DNA of 32,000 nucleotides from Flavobacteriaceae bacterium (GTDB lineage Bacteria; Bacteroidota; Bacteroidia; Flavobacteriales; Flavobacteriaceae): NCBI GenBank assembly GCA_965224465.1, contig OZ245049.1, positions 3,120,001 to 3,152,000 of the forward strand, read 5' to 3'. Shown piece by piece: positions 27,955 to 32,000 of this stretch (position 1 is its first letter; each line of letters starts with the position of its first letter). The notes under the pieces were generated by a model. It saw only the letters and a program-made list of their open reading frames with translations, ran no database searches and was not told where the DNA came from. The position numbers and the translations under genes were made by a program.

Positions 27955-27992
27955 TAACCCGATCGCGCGGATTTGAAATCCGTGCGCACCCG
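27955..27992. repeat. solo copy of 38-nt hairpin module (left end of repeat B)
   Basis: Identical to 26449-26486 (TAACCCGATCGCGCGGATTTGAAATCCGTGCGCACCCG). Confidence 0.9.
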
Positions 27993-28009
27993 TCAATGCA
28001 GTAGCAGGG

Positions 28010-28114
28010 AAACGCTTCCTTTCCAGTTTCGGGGTCTTTTTCTTGTCCTTGATAGGCGTAACGGTAGCCATTTGCATCCACCGTGTTTCTATTAGGCATT
28101 GGTATCCCAAACAC
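28010..28114 (-). pseudogene. 35-codon remnant of RHS core
   Basis: FGIPMPNRNTVDANGYRYAYQGQEKDPETGKEAF matches the fragment-3 core. The homology stops ~18 nt before the hairpin module (27955-27992). Confidence 0.75.
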
Positions 28115-28179
28115 ATAACCCTACACAGTTTTAAATAAAATTTTAAAGAACTTACAACAGCTAAATGTAACAAAAAAGC

Positions 28180-28197
28180 AATGATATTACAATCATT
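28180..28197 (-). terminator. weak A/T-flanked hairpin downstream of the ParE-like gene
   Basis: AATGAT-N6-ATCATT, with an A-run upstream and a T-run downstream on the plus strand. On the minus strand the T-run therefore follows the hairpin. Confidence 0.3.
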
Positions 28198-28249
28198 ACT
28201 TTTTTTTGTTTTGTTGAAAAAATGATTGCTATTATGTATTTTTAAATAA

Positions 28250-28540
28250 TTATTCTAATTTCTTAGGGTTCCTTTTATTATTCCAAAATGAAATAAGTTC
28301 AATCCTATCATTTAGCTTATCAACTTTATAATATACCGAAGTTTGTCTTGAAATAACGGATGTTTTTAATGTTCCTTTTCTTGCTGATTTCCCTTCAAAA
28401 ACCCCTGTACTCAATGTGTTCAGAAAATCATCAGAAAGTATCATGAATTTTTCAACTTCTTTATTCCCCCATTTTACATAAATAAATTCTAATTCTTCTG
28501 AATAGGTTAATCTTGCAGTCTCAGACCATTCGATTTTCAT
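28250..28540 (-). CDS. type II toxin-antitoxin system RelE/ParE-family toxin
   Basis: 96 aa. MKIEWSETA...EVEKF...SFWNNKRNPKKL matches the pattern of Bacteroidota ParE-like toxins. It starts 1 nt after the antitoxin gene. Confidence 0.75.
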   Translation of the reverse strand: MKIEWSETARLTYSEELEFIYVKWGNKEVEKFMILSDDFLNTLSTGVFEGKSARKGTLKTSVISRQTSVYYKVDKLNDRIELISFWNNKRNPKKLE

Positions 28541-28541
28541 A

Positions 28542-28790
28542 TTAAACAGAAGCGATATTATATTTCTTTCTGAACTTTCCCATCACTTCATTATGTGGAT
28601 GAACTTTACCATCTTCGACATCTTTCAATCCTTTTTCAATTAGTTTTTTTGCAACATCAGGTAATGCATCATAAGGGTCAATATCTTCTTTTACATAACT
28701 CTCATAAAGTGCATCAATCATACGCAAAAAGCGTTCATCTACGTTGGCGATTGATTGTATCCATTTTTTTCTTAATTCTATTGCTTCCAT
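28542..28790 (-). CDS. putative antitoxin of the ParE/RelE-like toxin
   Basis: 82-aa ORF immediately upstream of the toxin. Helical and acidic, with the N-terminal pattern ELRKKWIQSIANVDERFLRMI seen in Bacteroidota addiction-module partners. Confidence 0.6.
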   Translation of the reverse strand: MEAIELRKKWIQSIANVDERFLRMIDALYESYVKEDIDPYDALPDVAKKLIEKGLKDVEDGKVHPHNEVMGKFRKKYNIASV

Positions 28791-29047
28791 AATATGATTG
28801 GTTAAGGCTACTACAAATATACATTATTATAGCATTATCTCCAGTGCTTTAAAATACGAAAATCATTCCGAAGTCACAATTTCAATCGTTAGATAAGATA
28901 TGTAAAGCTAATTTTATTTCTGTTTTGAACAGCTAAATCCTTATGTTTTTTGTAACTCATAACTTTTTTATCAACTAATCAAATCCACACCATCACGTTG
29001 GTGGTATATCCGAGCGGTCGGGCTTCGTGGAGTGGGGTGCTCCGCCT

Positions 29048-29079
29048 AAAAACAAAAAAACCTCACATCTCTGTAAAGG
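29048..29079 (-). terminator. Rho-independent terminator candidate (minus strand)
   Basis: The minus-strand RNA CCUUUACA-GAGA-UGUGAGG forms a 7-bp stem including 2 G-U pairs, followed by UUUUUUUGUUUUU. The G-U pairs make it strand-specific. Confidence 0.5.
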
Positions 29080-29102
29080 CTTATTGTTTTGATATCTTGC
29101 TT

Positions 29103-29237
29103 TTTTGAACGCGATACAATCGCGCACTAGCCGGGAATCCGCGCTATCACGTGAGAGGTATGTCCGCGCTATCGGGTTTCTGCGAAGTCAGAGACTGTCG
29201 CAGAGCTGTATTTTTTTATTTAGACTTCGTAGAGCGG
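29103..29237. repeat. mosaic junction: segment D + right end of repeat B + tail of repeat A
   Basis: 29103-29129 matches 18939-18965. 29136-29179 matches 26744-26787. 29177-29237 matches 21085-21145. Confidence 0.85.
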
Positions 29238-29243
29238 CTGTTT

Positions 29244-29693
29244 TTAAGGATTTATTTCTTTTGTTACGTTAAAGTTAATTGTTTTTTTATGTTTGATTTG
29301 GACTATTTTATATTCTTTGTTTCGTATAAATTCAATATCTTTATCGTTTACATCAAAACTTATAGTTGCAATCCACCTGTTCGAAATGTTAGAGAAATCA
29401 GAATTTATTTCTTTAGTGTCAGAGTCCATAAATAGTTCTATTTTACCTCCTAAAAACGAGAGTTCTACTCCTTTGAGTGTTTTTATTTTTGCTTTACTAA
29501 GTACGGTTAATTCTAAAAATTTGTATCCTCCCAATTCGTTAAATTCCATCCAAACTCCGTATGCATTACAACCTGCAATTTTAATTCCACGTATCTGGCT
29601 TATTTTTTTTTCTGTAAATGTATCAACATGTATTCTTTTTATTGCATGTATATTTCCAAAAGCAGCTAATATATGGTTCAGTTTTTTAAACAT
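29244..29693 (-). CDS. hypothetical protein (149 aa), first ORF of the island
   Basis: ORF with ATG start and no TM helices. No family recognised. The stop is 7 nt from the repeat A tail. Confidence 0.45.
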   Translation of the reverse strand: MFKKLNHILAAFGNIHAIKRIHVDTFTEKKISQIRGIKIAGCNAYGVWMEFNELGGYKFLELTVLSKAKIKTLKGVELSFLGGKIELFMDSDTKEINSDFSNISNRWIATISFDVNDKDIEFIRNKEYKIVQIKHKKTINFNVTKEINP

Positions 29694-29815
29694 TTGTTGA
29701 ATTATTTATATGGATACTAAAGCTAAATATATTTGAGCTTGTGTAAATATACAAAAGTTTTTGTTGTTTGTCTCGAGTGCATTGCAGGGCTGTATTGTAA
29801 AATGTTAAGAGCGTT

Positions 29816-30952
29816 TTAGTAGTTTAACTTTAAGAAAGAATAGGCGTTTTTTTTCATCAATTTTTTTGGTGCCATTCTCATAAAACTATTTCTTAGAAAC
29901 AGTGTCAATCCATTTTTAATATGTGCTATTTTTCCAATGTTCCAACTGGTATTTATGACCTTTATAGCGGTTGTTTTTCTTATTTTTTGGTAATTTTCAA
30001 AAGCCAATTCAATGTTTTTTTCTTCGGCTAAACAGTGTGCTAAAACATAGGCGCTTTCTATGGATTGACAAGCGCCTTGTCCCATATTTGGTGTTGTTGC
30101 ATGTGCTGCATCACCAAGTAAACATATGTTTTTAAAGCTCCAATGGGTGATTGGTTTTAAGTCCATCATTTCGTTTCGAATAATATCATTTTTATTGGTA
30201 GCAGTTATTATTCTTCTAACCAATGGACTAAAATCGGTAAAGAGTGCAGCTAAATCTACGTTTTTAAACGCTGTTTTATACGGCTCTTTGTAGTTAGAAA
30301 GTGCATACCAATACACTTCTTTTGGGTTGATATGTACAAAGCCAAAACGTTTTCCTTTTCCCCATAGTTCAATTAATTCTGTAGAGTATTTTTCTGCAAT
30401 ATCGATCTTGACAATACCGCGCCAACATATCTGCTTGGGAATGCGTAGTGTGGTTTCTTTAAAAATGGAATTTCTGACCACAGAGTGAATTCCATCTGCA
30501 CCAATCAATACGTTTGTAGTATAGGAAGTGCCGTCTTTAAAAGTAAAAGATACGTGGTCGTGTGCTTGTTTTACAAATTGCAACTTTTTGTCTAAATAGA
30601 TGGGCACATCTTTTAATTGTTTTATTAAAAAGTCATGGAGTGTTGCTCTGTGAATGGCAATAGATGTTACGTCAAATGTTTTTTCAGCTTCGGATAGATC
30701 TATTTTCGAAATTAATTTTAGTTTTTGGTCTGTAATCAAGAGTGCATTTGTGCGACTTCCTAAAGGGATTAGTTGCTCATATAGACCTAGACGCTTGAAT
30801 ACTTGCATGGCGTTTATGGCTAAGTTTATTCCTGAGCCTGCTTTTTTAAAGGTGTTTGTAGCTTCAAATAGTTCAACGTCAAATCCTTTTTGTCTTAAGG
30901 AGATGGCAGCTGTTAAGCCTGCGATTCCTGTTCCTATGATGGTAAATTTCAT
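29816..30952 (-). CDS. FAD-dependent monooxygenase (aromatic hydroxylase-like)
   Basis: 378 aa with an N-terminal IIGTGIAGL dinucleotide fold and the GDAAHATTPNMGQGACQSIE motif. Confidence 0.85.
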   Translation of the reverse strand: MKFTIIGTGIAGLTAAISLRQKGFDVELFEATNTFKKAGSGINLAINAMQVFKRLGLYEQLIPLGSRTNALLITDQKLKLISKIDLSEAEKTFDVTSIAIHRATLHDFLIKQLKDVPIYLDKKLQFVKQAHDHVSFTFKDGTSYTTNVLIGADGIHSVVRNSIFKETTLRIPKQICWRGIVKIDIAEKYSTELIELWGKGKRFGFVHINPKEVYWYALSNYKEPYKTAFKNVDLAALFTDFSPLVRRIITATNKNDIIRNEMMDLKPITHWSFKNICLLGDAAHATTPNMGQGACQSIESAYVLAHCLAEEKNIELAFENYQKIRKTTAIKVINTSWNIGKIAHIKNGLTLFLRNSFMRMAPKKLMKKNAYSFLKLNY

Positions 30953-31365
30953 GATTTATTTTTAAATAATAAGGATGTTGTAAAGCCCAAAAAGGAAATT
31001 CCAGTAAACACAATTGGTACGATAAAAAAATAATTTATGGATATAATCAGAGCGATAAAAGTGATTGTTATGTTGAAAATTAAAACATTTGAAGGGATGT
31101 TTGATTGTTTGTTGTTTTTTAAAAGGAGAAGGTTTAATACGCCGTAGGCAAAGAGCAATAGCCCCATCATAAAACTAAACCCTTGGTAAAAGGAAAAGAT
31201 ATTATTCGAAGTTCCTAATATTGAGATGCTAAAGTTTTTCATCTCTATGATAAAACGGTGTAAATTGGGCGGTATGGGAGTTGTTATATCGGTAATGGTA
31301 TGACCGATTCCAACGAGTATAAGTGACCAACTAGCAATTTGGCAGCTGAATTTTGAAAGTTTCAT
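30949..31365 (-). CDS. hypothetical 4-TM membrane protein
   Basis: 138 aa. Overlaps the downstream monooxygenase gene by 4 nt. Confidence 0.5.
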   Translation of the reverse strand: MKLSKFSCQIASWSLILVGIGHTITDITTPIPPNLHRFIIEMKNFSISILGTSNNIFSFYQGFSFMMGLLLFAYGVLNLLLLKNNKQSNIPSNVLIFNITITFIALIISINYFFIVPIVFTGISFLGFTTSLLFKNKS

Positions 31366-31427
31366 AGGTTGATTTTTTCTTAAGGTGTTTACGAACTAAG
31401 TTTTTGTTTTTTTAGACATGTTGATCT

Positions 31428-31480
31428 AATTTAGGTCAAATGTACTAATTATTTTATAAATTAGGTCAATCTTACTAATT
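31428..31480. promoter_or_regulatory. two direct 23-bp repeats, candidate TetR operator pair
   Basis: AATTTAGGTCAAATGTACTAATT (31428-31450) and AAATTAGGTCAATCTTACTAATT (31458-31480), 30 bp apart. They lie between the divergent membrane-protein/monooxygenase operon and the TetR gene. Confidence 0.45.
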
Positions 31481-31495
31481 CTTTATCTTTGTAGG

Positions 31496-32000
31496 ATGAA
31501 AACAAGGGATAGAATATTAGAAGTTGCCTTAAAATTATTTAACAATTATGGGTTGCCAAAAGTTACTTTGCGTAGCATTTCAAAAGAGATGGGGATAAGT
31601 CAAGGGAATTTGAATTATCATTTTAAAAAACGAGAAGATATCATTGAAGCTTTATACTTTCAATTGGTAGAAAAAATAGATAAAAGGATGCTAGAACCCG
31701 AACTTATAGGCTTGCAATTGCTTTTTAATGTATCCACTCATATTATGCAGTGTTCTTTTGAATATCGTTTTTTTCTACTTGATTTTGTTCAGATTGTTCG
31801 TGAGAATAGCACAATTAAAAAGCATTATGCTGGATTAGTAGCGCATAGAGAAGGGCAGTTTGAGGGAGTATTTCAACAATTAGTTGAAGGAGGAATAATG
31901 CGTCCAGAAAAATTTAACAAAGAGTATCACAATCTTTATAAACGGTTTCATATTCTGGGTGATTTTTGGATTTCTTCAGCAGAAATTGTCAATGATAAAG
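31496..32000 (+). CDS. TetR/AcrR-family transcriptional regulator (3' end outside window)
   Basis: Hand translation from the ATG at 31496 gives MKTRDRILEVALKLFNNYGLPKVTLRSISKEMGISQGNLNYHFKKREDII..., a typical TetR N-terminal HTH. The frame stays open to the window end. Confidence 0.8.
   Translation, partial: MKTRDRILEVALKLFNNYGLPKVTLRSISKEMGISQGNLNYHFKKREDIIEALYFQLVEKIDKRMLEPELIGLQLLFNVSTHIMQCSFEYRFFLLDFVQIVRENSTIKKHYAGLVAHREGQFEGVFQQLVEGGIMRPEKFNKEYHNLYKRFHILGDFWISSAEIVNDK

Noticed and set aside
27955-28173. The N-terminal two-thirds of ORF 27709..28173, read as a single 154-aa protein.
   Set aside because: Its upstream part is an out-of-frame reading of the RHS-core remnant and of the hairpin module. 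Only the ~80 codons after the hairpin look like an independent, truncated coding segment.
18413-29240. Classical integron (attC sites, intI).
   Set aside because: No integrase is present. The repeats are 300-380 bp, much longer than attC, and lack the R''/L''-L'/R' organisation with GTTRRRY. Only the conceptual analogy is kept.

Overview
AT-rich chromosomal window that looks like Bacteroidota, probably Flavobacteriia. Positions 1-18.3 kb and 29.8-32 kb carry ordinary, mostly recognisable core genes: dinB, a ClbS/DfsB-like gene, glpQ, a MarC-family gene, DUF3109, tadA, dxs, DUF3078, an MscS-family channel, an AI-2E permease, an acyl-CoA/lipid desaturase with a Crp/Fnr regulator, and a D-Cys-desulfhydrase-family PLP enzyme. 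The PLP enzyme gene is translationally coupled to an S26 signal-peptidase homologue that appears to lack both catalytic residues. These are followed by dgt and, at the far end, an FAD monooxygenase, a membrane protein and a TetR regulator. Between dgt and the monooxygenase (about 18.3-29.8 kb) lies an accessory island whose cassettes all read on the minus strand. It consists of 5'-truncated rhs/YD-repeat C-terminal fragments. Three of them keep the RHS-associated core and then diverge into unrelated C-terminal (CT) domains that I cannot assign to a family; two are reduced to toxin tails. Each is followed within 0-10 nt by a small ORF, the presumed immunity gene. The cassettes are separated by two families of 300-380 bp non-coding repeats, a 38-nt hairpin module and mosaic junction segments that often supply or touch the stop codon of the preceding ORF. 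One CT is split by an IS4/IS701-like element with intact inverted repeats and a target duplication. Two fragments share the same 1-nt deletion, which creates a correctly phased U UUU UUA heptamer. A ParE/RelE toxin-antitoxin pair and an XRE-HTH gene fragment are embedded in the island. The window contains no full-length rhs gene, no secretion-system genes and no recombinase. A separate dispersed stem-loop/repeat family occurs five or more times in the core region, including a 162-bp tandem duplication. All calls are made by eye from the sequence and ORF track; no database search was possible.
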